A stretch of DNA of 64,000 bases from Candidatus Bathyarchaeota archaeon (GCA_963770935.1 CAVYRJ010000009.1:96001-160000), one strand, 5' to 3'. Counted from the first letter of the stretch, positions 1-9,844 are shown. The notes: generated by a model from the sequence alone, not told the origin. A program made the numbers and translations.

Positions 1-433
1 TAGCCATCGAGTACGCTATGGCTCTTGCAGCTCCGCCTGCACCAAGCAACAAAACTTTTCTGCCCTTAAGCTCCACACCGTTTTCTCGTAGAGCCTTTAG
101 CGCTCCAACTCCATCAGTATTGAACCCAAAAAGTTTGCTTTCTTTGTTCAGGACAGTGTTGACCGAATTTATTATTTGTGCAGACAAGTCAACTCTATCT
201 AGAAATTTTAGGATCGCACTCTTATGAGGCATCGTTACGTTTAGTCCGCGTATGTTTAGTGCGCGCATTCCATTTGCTGCGTTTTCAAGTTCTGCAGGTT
301 TTACTTTGAAGGCTATAAACGAGTAGTCAAGTTTAAGGGCGTTAAAAGCGGCATTATGCATAATGGGGCTTAAGGTGTGTTCTATTGGATCACCGATGAC
401 TCCACAAATCCTTGTTTTTCCAGATATATCCAT
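1..433 (-). CDS. aroE: Shikimate dehydrogenase (3' end runs out of window)
   Basis: Manual translation from ATG 433: MDISGKTRICGVIGDPIEHTLSPIMHNAAF...GLNVTMPHK...SVNTV...GFNTDGVG...LLGAGGAARA, typical AroE motifs. Confidence 0.95.
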   Translation of the reverse strand, partial: MDISGKTRICGVIGDPIEHTLSPIMHNAAFNALKLDYSFIAFKVKPAELENAANGMRALNIRGLNVTMPHKSAILKFLDRVDLSAQIINSVNTVLNKESKLFGFNTDGVGALKALRENGVELKGRKVLLLGAGGAARAIAYSMA

Positions 434-434
434 T

Positions 435-1118
435 TTATTTTATCCCCAAAAGAGTATAAGCAGATCTCATTTCTCGGATACTCATTTGCCCTGTTGCGGT
501 TTCATCGCCCGCATCTAGCGAAGCGAAAGTGAAGAAGGCTCCAAAGACCGGTGAGAGAAGCCTAGAGACTTTGCCGGGTTCACCCATGCAAAAACAAACT
601 ATCTTGGCCTTGCTCGATGCGAAAGAAACAAAGCTCAATGCGGGGAGGGTGTCTTCAACTTGTTTGGCGGTTGTAACAATCTTGCATATGCTGGCTCCAC
701 TGGCAATTTCCTCGTCAAGGATTTTCTCCATTGCTGAAACGTTGAGTGCCCCATCGAATTTGTGGTAGGAAGCGATTGGCTTAGCCCCCAGCAACTTAAG
801 TTGGCTGATTGATTCTTTATGCTTTGGGCTTAACAAATCAACATCAACGTACTCAAAACCATTTTTGGCAGCGTTTACTAGTGTTTGTTGCCGTTCAGAC
901 TCTGTTCCACCAAAGAAACCTGTTTCGCTTCGAAGTTTATTTGTTGCGATTAGGGGTGTTCTTGTACTTGCAGAAATATTTGATAGTTGGCAAGAATTTT
1001 CTAAACAGTCTAACCTAACTTCGATGAGGTCTGCTTTGGCTTTCTCGGATTTCTCAATCAGATTTAACGCTTCAAAATTGTTTTTGGGGAGAATCGAAAC
1101 ACAGATTCTCGCGGTCAC
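435..1118 (-). CDS. aroD: Type I 3-dehydroquinate dehydratase
   Basis: DLIEVRLD, YVDVD, SYH, CKIV, FCMGEPGKVSR, TGQ motifs; in aro operon. Confidence 0.93.
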   Translation of the reverse strand: MTARICVSILPKNNFEALNLIEKSEKAKADLIEVRLDCLENSCQLSNISASTRTPLIATNKLRSETGFFGGTESERQQTLVNAAKNGFEYVDVDLLSPKHKESISQLKLLGAKPIASYHKFDGALNVSAMEKILDEEIASGASICKIVTTAKQVEDTLPALSFVSFASSKAKIVCFCMGEPGKVSRLLSPVFGAFFTFASLDAGDETATGQMSIREMRSAYTLLGIK

Positions 1119-2156
1119 TTTTCGATCACCGTTTCTTCAGGCACAGATATGCCGAAGTGTCTTCCTCCCTTCGCCGCTAAATGCACAAGGACTTCATCAT
1201 TTGGTTTTAATTCAGTGACTGGTTTGGAATCTTTGGGGAGTGACTAGGCGGATGGTTTCTGCATTCTGAAGGATTGTTTTTATTTTTGTGTTGCCTGCTT
1301 GGGCTTCAATTAGAATGAGGGGGCGAAACTCGATTTTGGATCTGCCAACGTTTGTGACCCTGACGTTGCCTTCTCGGCTGACTATTAGGACTTCGTCTCC
1401 TGCTTTGAGCTCTGAAAGGTATCGCGTGCTCTGGGCAGAGGTTAAGGTGTAGTGAGATGCCGGTCCAGCGTTCACTCGGAAGGGTCTAGACTGCACATAG
1501 GGGTTTTCGTTGACTTCAGCTTCAACAAGAAAAAACCCTGCAGATTGGCATCCGACAAGCATTCCTTCGCCGGGTACCATCAAGTCGACCGTGTCCACGC
1601 AAACTCTTGCTCCTGAGCCAATCGGCTTAATGGATAAAATCTTCGCTGATGTCAACGTCATTTTCGGAGATTGAGCCTTGATGATTTTGATGGTTTTTTC
1701 CAGTTCTGTTGAGTTTCCAGTTTTAAGCAGCACTCCATCAGTTCCTAATTCAAGAGCTTCCAAAACTATCTTCGCATCCTCGGAAGTGTTGACTTCGGCG
1801 ATAAGAGCGCTTTTTCCTCTGCCTTTGGCAATTAAGTTTTCAAGGGGGATCACTCGCCAATCAAGACAGTTTATAATTACATAGTCAACTCCAAGTTCTG
1901 CAGCTTTAGCTGCTTTGTTCTCGTCTTCTTTACCCTGAATTGTAACTCGAAGAGCCGTTTTTTTGCCCTCTTTCTTTAGCTGAGCAAGCTTTTTCTCGTT
2001 TAAATCTGAAAGAAAAGTTATGAATAATTTTCCGTTGCGGTTGCTGGCTTGGTTGTTTTCGAGAATTACATCAACGTTTTCAATAGCAAGGCTAAGTAAA
2101 CCTTCCTTTTCTTGAGTGGTTGCGTTTTGCGCGATTTCTAGCCAGAGTTCTTTCAA
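1115..2156 (-). CDS. aroB': 3-dehydroquinate synthase II (archaeal), +1 frameshift in a C run near 1236
   Basis: RVCVDT, GEGMLVG, SRPFRVNAG, YLSEL, ILQNAETIRL; the shifted frame continues KDSKPVTELKPNDEVLVHLAAKGGRHFGISVPEETVIEK* and overlaps the aroD start. Confidence 0.92.
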
Positions 2157-2944
2157 CGTTTTTCACCGAGAATTCTAAGCGCTTGCTCAACCGATGCATC
2201 ATGATGGACAATGGCGGAGAGCGCTTTTGAAATTTGAGTTGGGCTGTCACATTGGAATACATTGCGTCCGATTGAAAGCCCAGCTGCGCCTGCTTTCAAA
2301 GCGTCACTTGTTGTTTGAAGCACTTCCTCTAAGGATTTGCATTTTGGTCCACCCGCGATGACTACTGGGACCGGACAGCTTTCGACAACTGTCTTGAAAG
2401 TTTCGATGGTGCCTGTGTAGTTTGTTTTGATTATGTCTGCGCCAAGTTCAGCGCCGATTCTGGCGGCATGCGCTACCATTTCGGGTGCATGTTCGTTTGG
2501 GATTTTGGGTCCACGCGGGTACATCATCGCCAATAATGGGATTCCTAAGGCATCACATTCCTCGGCGACTTTACCCAAGTTTTGGAGCATTTTATCTTCA
2601 TCTTGTGCGCCAACGTTGACGTGTACAGAGACCGCGTCTGCACCTATCCGTATGGCTTCCTGTAGGCTGCATACTTGGACTTTGGCGTTTATGTTTGGGC
2701 TAAGGTTTGACATGCCAGATAACATAACGATTAATCCTGCATCTCCAGTGTCGACTCGTTTGGCGATGCCTTTGTGTACAAGGATTGCGTCGACTCCGCC
2801 TTTAACAAGCTTGTCGGTTATAGTTTGCATGTTGGTTATGCCTTGGATAGGTCCAACGGTTACGCCATGGTCCATTGGCACGATAACTGTGCGGTTATCT
2901 TGCTGCATGATTCTTTTTAGTCTGCGATTTTTTCCTGTGTTCAT
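2153..2944 (-). CDS. aroA': 2-amino-3,7-dideoxy-D-threo-hept-6-ulosonate (ADH) synthase, DhnA-type class I aldolase
   Basis: VPMDHG, MMYPRG, ELGADIIKT, VIAGGPK, GRNVFQ; adjacent to aroB'. Confidence 0.92.
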   Translation of the reverse strand: MNTGKNRRLKRIMQQDNRTVIVPMDHGVTVGPIQGITNMQTITDKLVKGGVDAILVHKGIAKRVDTGDAGLIVMLSGMSNLSPNINAKVQVCSLQEAIRIGADAVSVHVNVGAQDEDKMLQNLGKVAEECDALGIPLLAMMYPRGPKIPNEHAPEMVAHAARIGAELGADIIKTNYTGTIETFKTVVESCPVPVVIAGGPKCKSLEEVLQTTSDALKAGAAGLSIGRNVFQCDSPTQISKALSAIVHHDASVEQALRILGEKR

Positions 2945-2952
2945 TTTTCCAC

Positions 2953-4188
2953 CTAGTGTGTTTTAAGTGAGTTTTTAATTAACTTTAACGCTTTTTCTTT
3001 ATCATTCCAATCCACAAAAAGCAAAATGCTCGATGTAATGGTTAAGATTCCAGAGATGTTTATGCCGTTGACTCTTAGGTCTTCGCTGATTTTGCCAATG
3101 ATGCCATGCGTTTCCTCTAAACCGACACCGCTGGTTTTTATGAAGACAAGATCTTTTTTGACAGCCATAGCGATTGTTTCTTTGTTGTTGGTTGTTATGT
3201 TATGGATTTGGTTGAAGAGAGCATCGATGTTTTTTTCCTGTGGCACGTAGAGAATGATTGAGTTTGTGTTCATTGACATGCCAAGCAGCATCGAGTTTTC
3301 TCTTACTTTCTCCACCATCTCTGTGATGACTTGGGGGTTGGCGGACATGCCGTTTCCTATTACAGTGACCTCAGCAACAGGGGTTGGATGAGCGATTTCA
3401 GCGTCAAGTTCAGTTGCTAATCCGCCTGTGATTATTGTACCTGCTCGACTCAAGTCTCCATAGGCATTGCTGATGACTTTTACATCGATGTCTTTGGGTT
3501 TGTATTTGAGGGCTTTGCTATGTATGAATTTCGCGCCTGAATCCGCTAAGCCAACAAGGGTGTTAACGTTGATTTCAGAAAGCCGTTTAGGTGAGGCGAT
3601 AATTTTTGGGTCACTAGACATTATGCCATCTGCATCAGTTACCAGAACAACTAGGTTTGCGTTTATCCCTTGTGCTAATATGAATGCAGTAGTATCACTT
3701 CCTCCTCTACCAAGGGTAGTAATTTTGCCGTCTTTAGTTTTGCCGAGGAACCCAGCGATGACGGGGATAGTACCTTTCTCAATAAGAGGAAGGACGCATT
3801 CTTTGATATTTTTATCGCACTCTTTGAGCATTGGGTTTGCGTTTTGGAATGAATTATCAGTTATAATTGGCCACTTATCATCCATTGGATCGAAGTAGCA
3901 TGCGTCAACACCATTATTCTTCAGTGCAGCGGCAAAAATACGCACGCTGGTTCGTTCACCCATTGAGAGAATGTCATCTAAATCATGTTTCTCCAATTTT
4001 CCGTTCGAAGTGTTCTTCGCAGTAGTCATGAGGACGTCGGTTGTTTTGCCCATAGCAGAAACTACAACAGCGATTCTTGTGCCTTTTTTAGCTTCATTAA
4101 CTACGGAAACAACTGCTTTAAGGAGCCTCTCGTGATCGGATAGGCTAGAGCCACCGAATTTAACCACAATTTTTTTGTTAGCTAACAT
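2953..4188 (-). CDS. Aspartate kinase, first gene of the aromatic amino acid operon
   Basis: VVKFGGSS, VVSAMG, GERTS, TTLGRGGSDTTA, C-terminal ACT-like domains. Confidence 0.9.
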   Translation of the reverse strand: MLANKKIVVKFGGSSLSDHERLLKAVVSVVNEAKKGTRIAVVVSAMGKTTDVLMTTAKNTSNGKLEKHDLDDILSMGERTSVRIFAAALKNNGVDACYFDPMDDKWPIITDNSFQNANPMLKECDKNIKECVLPLIEKGTIPVIAGFLGKTKDGKITTLGRGGSDTTAFILAQGINANLVVLVTDADGIMSSDPKIIASPKRLSEINVNTLVGLADSGAKFIHSKALKYKPKDIDVKVISNAYGDLSRAGTIITGGLATELDAEIAHPTPVAEVTVIGNGMSANPQVITEMVEKVRENSMLLGMSMNTNSIILYVPQEKNIDALFNQIHNITTNNKETIAMAVKKDLVFIKTSGVGLEETHGIIGKISEDLRVNGINISGILTITSSILLFVDWNDKEKALKLIKNSLKTH

Positions 4189-4207
4189 TTCAGTACACCC
4201 GTGTTTC

Positions 4208-4294
4208 GCCCAGAACCGTTCCCCAAAAATTTTTCAGTTCTGGGCTTAAGGAAAATAGTAATAATAAAAGTAGTAGTCGAAGCTAAGGAACGGT
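4208..4294 (-). promoter_or_regulatory. Candidate attenuator with alternative RNA helices
   Basis: mRNA GCCCAGAACUG (4245-4235) pairs with CGGUUCUGGGC (4218-4208); alternatively leader ACCGUUCC (4294-4287) pairs with GGAACGGU (4222-4215); the two helices share 4215-4218. Confidence 0.7.
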
Positions 4295-4332
4295 GATGCG
4301 TTGGTTTCTTTCTTGCTATTGCAATTGAGCAT
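4246..4332 (-). CDS. Phe/Tyr-rich leader peptide (28 aa) MLNCNSKKETNASPFLSFDYYFYYYYFP
   Basis: Manual translation ATG(4332)...TAA(4246); codons TAC TAC TTT TAT TAT TAC TAT TTT in a row; stop lies 57 nt upstream of the aro operon start. Confidence 0.85.
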   Translation of the reverse strand: MLNCNSKKETNASPFLSFDYYFYYYYFP

Positions 4333-4367
4333 TTTGCTTCGGACCAGTGAAAGAGTCATTGCAGAGA

Positions 4368-4384
4368 AAATATAAGCGTTTCGG
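4368..4384 (-). promoter_or_regulatory. BRE/TATA promoter of the leader-aro operon
   Basis: Minus strand CCGAAACG-CTTATATTT about 37-45 nt upstream of the leader ATG. Confidence 0.6.
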
Positions 4385-4452
4385 ATTCAGACTAAAGTTT
4401 GAACGCCGTCTATTGCTCTTAATTTAGTGTTAGTTAATATCGAAAACTAAAT

Positions 4453-5277
4453 TTAGGCAGTTATTTTTGGCGGAGGACGCACACGCCGTCTACCAAGCTT
4501 CACACGTAACGCTATGCGGTACAGTTTCCGTAGCGACTTAACTAATTGTTCAACAGTGGGCGCATTTGAGTAAATAAGTGGTATGTGTTCGTATTCAGCT
4601 ATTCGTATGGCTTCCTCATCAGGCACTGTTTTGTGGAAAACTACTATGCGTGGTTTGAGGCTACTTACACGCACAATCATCATGGGCAAACATCCAGCTT
4701 CAACGCTAGTGAAAATCAATGCCCGCTCGGTTGATGCCCCAAAAAGCTGCGTGTACTCCGAGCCTGAGTAAGCCTCAACCGCTTTTCTGCTATCGATAAC
4801 GGTATATCCGTTGACTTCTTTTACGAATTTTTCTTTGCAAGCCACCACTTCGCCCCCGATAGCCTTACACAAGTACTCCACCCTGACGGGTATGGGAAAC
4901 TCGCGGAGGTCCACAACCGCCATGCTAGGTGAACTGGTTAGTTTAGCGAATTCCCGTATGAAACGGCTGCCTTTGCCCTCGTCAATATGCAGAAGCGAAA
5001 GCACGAATCTGCGGATAAATTTGGCGCCTGGACTTTTCCTTCTGCAGCTTTCATAGTCACTAATGACTGAAGAGGATAATCCCATCGCTTCGGAGAGGCT
5101 GATTTGGGAAACAGCGAAGAGTTCACGCCACTTCTTCATAGTTGAGCCTGGTTTGCTTGAAAGAATTATTTCTCCAGCGATTCTTCTCGCTAAAACTTCC
5201 CTCAGACCAGGCGATATTGACACGAAATAATTCCTCTCTCTTGCACCTTTCCCTTCAAAGTTGAGGTATAAAACCAT
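4453..5277 (-). CDS. Archaeal HTH (XRE-like) transcriptional regulator with C-terminal domain; true start probably GTG near 5223
   Basis: IAGEIILS..PG.TMKKWRELF.VSQ..L...MGLSSSVISDYE..RRKSPG, a conserved archaeal HTH family pattern. Confidence 0.8.
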   Translation of the reverse strand: MVLYLNFEGKGARERNYFVSISPGLREVLARRIAGEIILSSKPGSTMKKWRELFAVSQISLSEAMGLSSSVISDYESCRRKSPGAKFIRRFVLSLLHIDEGKGSRFIREFAKLTSSPSMAVVDLREFPIPVRVEYLCKAIGGEVVACKEKFVKEVNGYTVIDSRKAVEAYSGSEYTQLFGASTERALIFTSVEAGCLPMMIVRVSSLKPRIVVFHKTVPDEEAIRIAEYEHIPLIYSNAPTVEQLVKSLRKLYRIALRVKLGRRRVRPPPKITA

Positions 5278-5501
5278 AGCGTTTTTTGGAGAGAACCATC
5301 GACAAACAACCGATTTAATTGATAAATCTACACAAATAAAAACTGCTTTTAGGCATTATATTTTGCAGTTGGAGCTATTTAGCGGGTCAAGTTGCTGAAT
5401 TTGGTTTATTAGGAAGTTTAACGTACTCTTGGTTTAACGTTCTACCCGAAAGGGCAAAGAACGTTATCCGCATCGAAGAATCAAATAAAAAAAGGAGTGA
5501 T

Positions 5502-5798
5502 ATGAATATGACAGAAAAAGCTAATGACGTAATATTCGTCGGAAATAAACCACCCATGAGCTATGTACTCGCCATCATAACTGCATTCTCTTCAGGCGCA
5601 GGGAAAGAAATTACCCTTAAAGCCCGAGGACAAGCAATCACCACCGCAGTTGACGTAGCAGAAATCACAAGAAGCCGCTTCATTAAAGACCTCAAAGTGA
5701 CAAAGATCGCAATCGGCACTGCAGAAATGCCACCACGAGAAGGCGAAAATAGGTCCAGGATGGTTTCAACCATAGAAATTACTCTCACAAAAGAGTAA
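5502..5798 (+). CDS. albA: DNA/RNA-binding protein Alba
   Basis: IFVGNKPPMSYVLA, ITLKARGQAITTAVDVAEI, VSTIEI. Confidence 0.97.
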   Translation: MNMTEKANDVIFVGNKPPMSYVLAIITAFSSGAGKEITLKARGQAITTAVDVAEITRSRFIKDLKVTKIAIGTAEMPPREGENRSRMVSTIEITLTKE

Positions 5799-5845
5799 AT
5801 CTACGGATAAAATTGAAACTGGGAGTTTTTAATCTCTCCAATTTT

Positions 5846-6619
5846 TTACTTTTGTTTTTTCTTCAGATATGCATCGACGTTTTTTACAATTTCCATGAAA
5901 GCCTTAGCTGCCGCCGAATCTTTATGTGACAGAACAAAGGGTGTTCCCTTATCAGAATCCACACCTACTTTGGGATCGATGGGTATGCTGCCCAGAAAAG
6001 CTACTTCCATTTCTTGAGCCATCTTTTTGCCGCCGCCTGACTGGAAAATCTCTATTTTCTCGTTGCAATGTGGACAAATAAATCCACTCATGTTCTCCAC
6101 AACGCCGATAATTGGCATGTTCAGTCTTTGTGCGAAAGTGATTGCTTTCTTAACGATGGAGCTGGAAAGTTCAGAGGGCATTGTAACGATCACTACGCCG
6201 TCGATGTCTGGGAGAAGCTGGGCTATGCTTAAAGGTTCATCGCCGGTTCCAGGTGGCAAGTCAATGAAGAGAAAATCAAGTTCGCCCCACTCGACATCTG
6301 AGAGGAATTGGCGGATTGCCCGCATCTTTAGCGGTCCACGCCAAATAGTGGGCGCCTGTTCTGGCAAAAAGAAATCAATCGACATAACTTTCATTCCTAA
6401 TGGCCCATCAACTGGGAAAAGTCCCATGGGGCTAGTTTTAGCCTGCTTTCCCTCTAAACCCAGAAGCCTAGGCACACTTGGTCCGTGAATATCTGCGTCT
6501 AAAACTCCCACACTTTTTCCCTGCATCGCAAAAGCGGTAGCAAGGTTAACGGTGACGGTGCTTTTTCCTACACCGCCTTTGCCGCTTATGATTGCAATTT
6601 TATGTTTAATCTTACCCAT
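5846..6619 (-). CDS. Mrp/NBP35 (ApbC) Fe-S cluster carrier ATPase; N-terminus may extend to about 6692 across a frameshift
   Basis: SGKGGVGKST, DADIHGPS, IWRGP, DLPPGTGD, ENMS..CPHC. Confidence 0.93.
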   Translation of the reverse strand: MGKIKHKIAIISGKGGVGKSTVTVNLATAFAMQGKSVGVLDADIHGPSVPRLLGLEGKQAKTSPMGLFPVDGPLGMKVMSIDFFLPEQAPTIWRGPLKMRAIRQFLSDVEWGELDFLFIDLPPGTGDEPLSIAQLLPDIDGVVIVTMPSELSSSIVKKAITFAQRLNMPIIGVVENMSGFICPHCNEKIEIFQSGGGKKMAQEMEVAFLGSIPIDPKVGVDSDKGTPFVLSHKDSAAAKAFMEIVKNVDAYLKKKQK

Positions 6620-6804
6620 TGCGTCTTTGAGTTTCTGTTGTTCTTGGGATGCTTCTGTTTGTAAGCTGCAATTTGAGCCATGTTTCTTTCATAAGCCATA
6701 AAAACACATCGCTTGCTTCTGTTAAGGTTTGATTCCGAAGTAAACTAAAATAGGTTACGGTAATATCCATATCAGTTAAACAAACGCTTTTTTAGGCGAA
6801 CAAT

Positions 6805-7773
6805 ATGGTTACACTTGAAAATATTCAAAGCGCACAAAAAACCATTGCGCCATACGCAAAAAACGCCCCATTAATCCGCTCTAAATTTCTAAGCGACCTA
6901 TGCAAAGCCAACGTTTACTTGAAACTTGAAAATTTGCAGGTTACACACTCATTCAAGATTCGAGGCGTCATAAACAAACTACTAAACTTAACCACGGAGG
7001 AGAAAGTAAGAGGTGTCGTGACGGCTTCAGCTGGCAATCATGGTCAAGCAGTGGCTTTTGGAGCAAAAGAACTTGATTTCAAAGCGAAAATTATAGTTCC
7101 AACTACAACGCCGAAGGTAAAAGTGGAGGGCATACGTCAATATGGGGCAGAGCTGGTTTTGTTTGGTGCAACTTACCCTGAAGCTGAACGTAAAGCTAAG
7201 GAACTGGCGCAGGTTGAAGGGCGTTTGTATATTTCTCCCTACAATGACGAGTTAATTGTTGCCGGGCATGGAACTATCGGTTTAGAAGTTTTAGCAGAGC
7301 TTCCAAATGTCGATGTAGTTATCGTACCAGTTGGTGGGGGAGGTTTAATCTCAGGTGTCAGCATAGCCTTGAAGAGTCTTAAGCCGACCGTTGAGGTTTT
7401 AGGAGTGCAGTCCGCTGCAGTTCCGATAATGTTTGAGTCTTTGAAGTCTGGTGAAATCGTTAAGGCCCATAGGCATGAGGGAAAAACCATCGCGGAGGGG
7501 CTCTCAGGAGGCGTCGAGAGGGGCTCAATAACTTTTGGGATTGTACAGCAATATGTTGATGAGATTTTCTTGGTTAGGGAACAGTCTATCAGACATGCTG
7601 TTTATGTTCTTTGGGAGAACGATAAGCAAGTTGTGGAAGGTTCAGGTGCTTCTGCTGCGGCGCTGCTTTTGGAGAATAAGGATTTGTTTGTTGGCAAAAC
7701 GGTTGTATTGGTGTTGACAGGCGGCAATATTGACGATTCGTTGTTTCAAACACTGTTAGCTTGGGAGAAATAA
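6805..7773 (+). CDS. Threonine/serine dehydratase (PLP, fold type II), no ACT domain
   Basis: LKLENLQ.THSFKIRG, ASAGNHGQ, VPVGGGGL, TGGNID. Confidence 0.9.
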   Translation: MVTLENIQSAQKTIAPYAKNAPLIRSKFLSDLCKANVYLKLENLQVTHSFKIRGVINKLLNLTTEEKVRGVVTASAGNHGQAVAFGAKELDFKAKIIVPTTTPKVKVEGIRQYGAELVLFGATYPEAERKAKELAQVEGRLYISPYNDELIVAGHGTIGLEVLAELPNVDVVIVPVGGGGLISGVSIALKSLKPTVEVLGVQSAAVPIMFESLKSGEIVKAHRHEGKTIAEGLSGGVERGSITFGIVQQYVDEIFLVREQSIRHAVYVLWENDKQVVEGSGASAAALLLENKDLFVGKTVVLVLTGGNIDDSLFQTLLAWEK

Positions 7774-7781
7774 GTTTGGTT

Positions 7782-8282
7782 TTAGCCTAGTTTGTACCCG
7801 ATTTTCCGAAGGAATTGCCGACGCTCCCCAACTTCTTTGTCAGTTTCTATGCCTTTGCTTCTTAGCCCATCTACAACGCCAACAATACCTCTACCCTGAC
7901 GGGTCTCGGCAATCAATACTTCCAGCGGATTAGCTGTCGCAGCATAAACAGTGCATACTTCAGGTACCTTCTTGATTTTGTCCAAAACATTAAGCGGATA
8001 GGCATTCTTTATGAATATCAAAAAGCTGTGTCCACAGCCAATTTCAAACGCCTTCTCCGCTGCCAACCTTCTTAGTTCAGGGTCGTTTCCTTCATGACGG
8101 ACAAGGCAAGGTCCTGAGCTTTCGCAGAAGCCCACGCCAAATTGGATATTTGGCACCGAATTAATCAGGGCTTCGTAGAGATCTTCGGCTGATTTGATAA
8201 AATGCGCTATCCCAAGGATAGTGTTGCAGTCTTTGGGTGGTTCAATTTTTACTGTTTTTATCTCCAACTTTAAGCCTCCCAT
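7782..8282 (-). CDS. Adenosine-specific kinase-like family protein (DUF355)
   Basis: [49 protein letters not shown]. Confidence 0.85.
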   Translation of the reverse strand: MGGLKLEIKTVKIEPPKDCNTILGIAHFIKSAEDLYEALINSVPNIQFGVGFCESSGPCLVRHEGNDPELRRLAAEKAFEIGCGHSFLIFIKNAYPLNVLDKIKKVPEVCTVYAATANPLEVLIAETRQGRGIVGVVDGLRSKGIETDKEVGERRQFLRKIGYKLG

Positions 8283-8394
8283 GTTACTGTTATTATTTTT
8301 TGGGATATAACGTTTTAAGCAATCTGTATTTATTTTCTGGCTGGCAAAACCTAAATATCAAAGTGTAGTATCTGATTCGAGAATGTAAGGCTGC

Positions 8395-8468
8395 GGGCTG
8401 GTAGTTCAGCTGGCATGAACGCTTGACTTGCACTCAAGAGGTCGGGGGTTCAAATCCCCCCCAGTCCA
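8395..8468 (+). tRNA. tRNA-Ala(UGC), intronless, CCA not encoded
   Basis: Acceptor GGGCTGG/CCAGTCC with G3:U70 Ala identity pair, anticodon arm CTTGA-CTTGCAC-TCAAG, T arm GGGGG-TTCAAAT-CCCCC. Confidence 0.96.
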
Positions 8469-8639
8469 CTGTATTCTTAAACTTGAAAAAATCAATAGAG
8501 CAAAAGCCCGCTACAATATTGTGACTGATTGCTCTTCCTCTTTTGATAAAGAATTGATACATCGGTTGCCAAGGTGTCTGTTTGGCTTGGAACCAATTTA
8601 TAAATAACTTGTTAGTCTAATTATTTATGAGGTTGTTTT

Positions 8640-8843
8640 ATGGAATTTAGAATAGCTGCAGTTGTAAGTTGCTGGCTTTCTGTAGCATTGATAGCTTCTG
8701 TTTACATGTTTGTTTTTGCTAGCCAAATTGGAGATATTTTGTTTGGAGTATTTTTGCCTGTAGGGTTGCTTGTTTTAGTGGCTTTGTTTGTAACAATTTA
8801 TGTAGCATCGAATCAGAAACAAGAGAAAAATAGCGCCGCTTAA
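8640..8843 (+). CDS. Small two-TM membrane protein
   Basis: Two hydrophobic helices, GAGG SD upstream. Confidence 0.65.
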   Translation: MEFRIAAVVSCWLSVALIASVYMFVFASQIGDILFGVFLPVGLLVLVALFVTIYVASNQKQEKNSAA

Positions 8844-9006
8844 CCTTCAGTTAGGTCTCACCTCTTAGCACTCCTCTGTAAACTTTATCGGCCTTGACCC
8901 TCTGGGCAGAATGGTCCATCGAACTTGAATACAAGATACAATGGTACAGATTACTCTATTGACAACTAAATTAAAAATAGTTTAGATCCGGCGATCCGAC
9001 GTATGT

Positions 9007-9583
9007 CTACTCTATTATTGAATGAGCTTTCAAGAGACGTTGTGTAGTTAGTTCACCTAAAACCGCCAAGCTTTCAGTATCCAAGAAACACCTGGCTGAT
9101 TCGTCAAACAACACATTGGCTGACGCTGAGAACTCATATCTCAGCCCAAAGAATATAGATTAATGGGATTCCCTCTAAAGCAGGAATCTCCACGGATAAT
9201 TCTCCGAAATCCACGCGGTTTCCCTTTAACAATTTTGCAGCTTCCACAAGTTGTGTTTGGCTGTTTCCAAAAACTTGGGCAATCGGATTAACCGCCCTTT
9301 GGATAAATGCGTGTTCATAAGCGTATCCTCCAGGGAGGTCCCTGAACTTAATCAACTTGCCGCTCTTTGGCGTCTCATAAGCTAAGGAGTAATGAACTAG
9401 CAAAGCTGTTATGTTCTGGAGCGCCCATTCGTTGTGCACGACACTTTTTTCAAAGAGGTCGAGAAACTCACCTGTTTCCAAATCCAGTGAATAGCCTAAG
9501 AATTGGTATGAACGGGCTTTTTCAACTTTTGTAAGTTGCCTTATTTTTTTTAGCTGCTCGGTTTGTAGGTTCAACTTAGTCAT
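9007..9583 (-). CDS. DUF3786-like protein, +1 frameshift near 9139
   Basis: FRDLPGGYAY..AF, IPLIYILW; the shifted frame continues EFSASANVLFDESARCFLDTESLAVLGEL. Confidence 0.75.
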
Positions 9584-9844
9584 TTAATTTAACCTCTGCC
9601 TATCTTCGCTTAATCTTTTTGGTTCATAAGTAGATAAAAGAAGGCGCTTCTGATAGTTAATGTGTACACGACTAATGCAACAGGGCATGACCAAAATTAA
9701 ATATTCTGTTTATAAAAAAAACATGATTTTCCCTATTTCACTTCCCATGGAATCTCCAAAAACAAGAATCACACATTATCACTAAGACACATTCTTAGAC
9801 AAAATTTATAGCTACAAATATAGGACGTTGAATGGCGACAAAGC

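Noticed and set aside
2427-2966. Long antisense ORFs (this one and many others in the track)
   Set aside because: Shadows of real genes on the opposite strand.
4333-4359. In-frame upstream ATG extending the leader peptide by MTLSLVRSK
   Set aside because: Only about 10 nt from the TATA box, so probably upstream of the TSS; ATG 4332 preferred.
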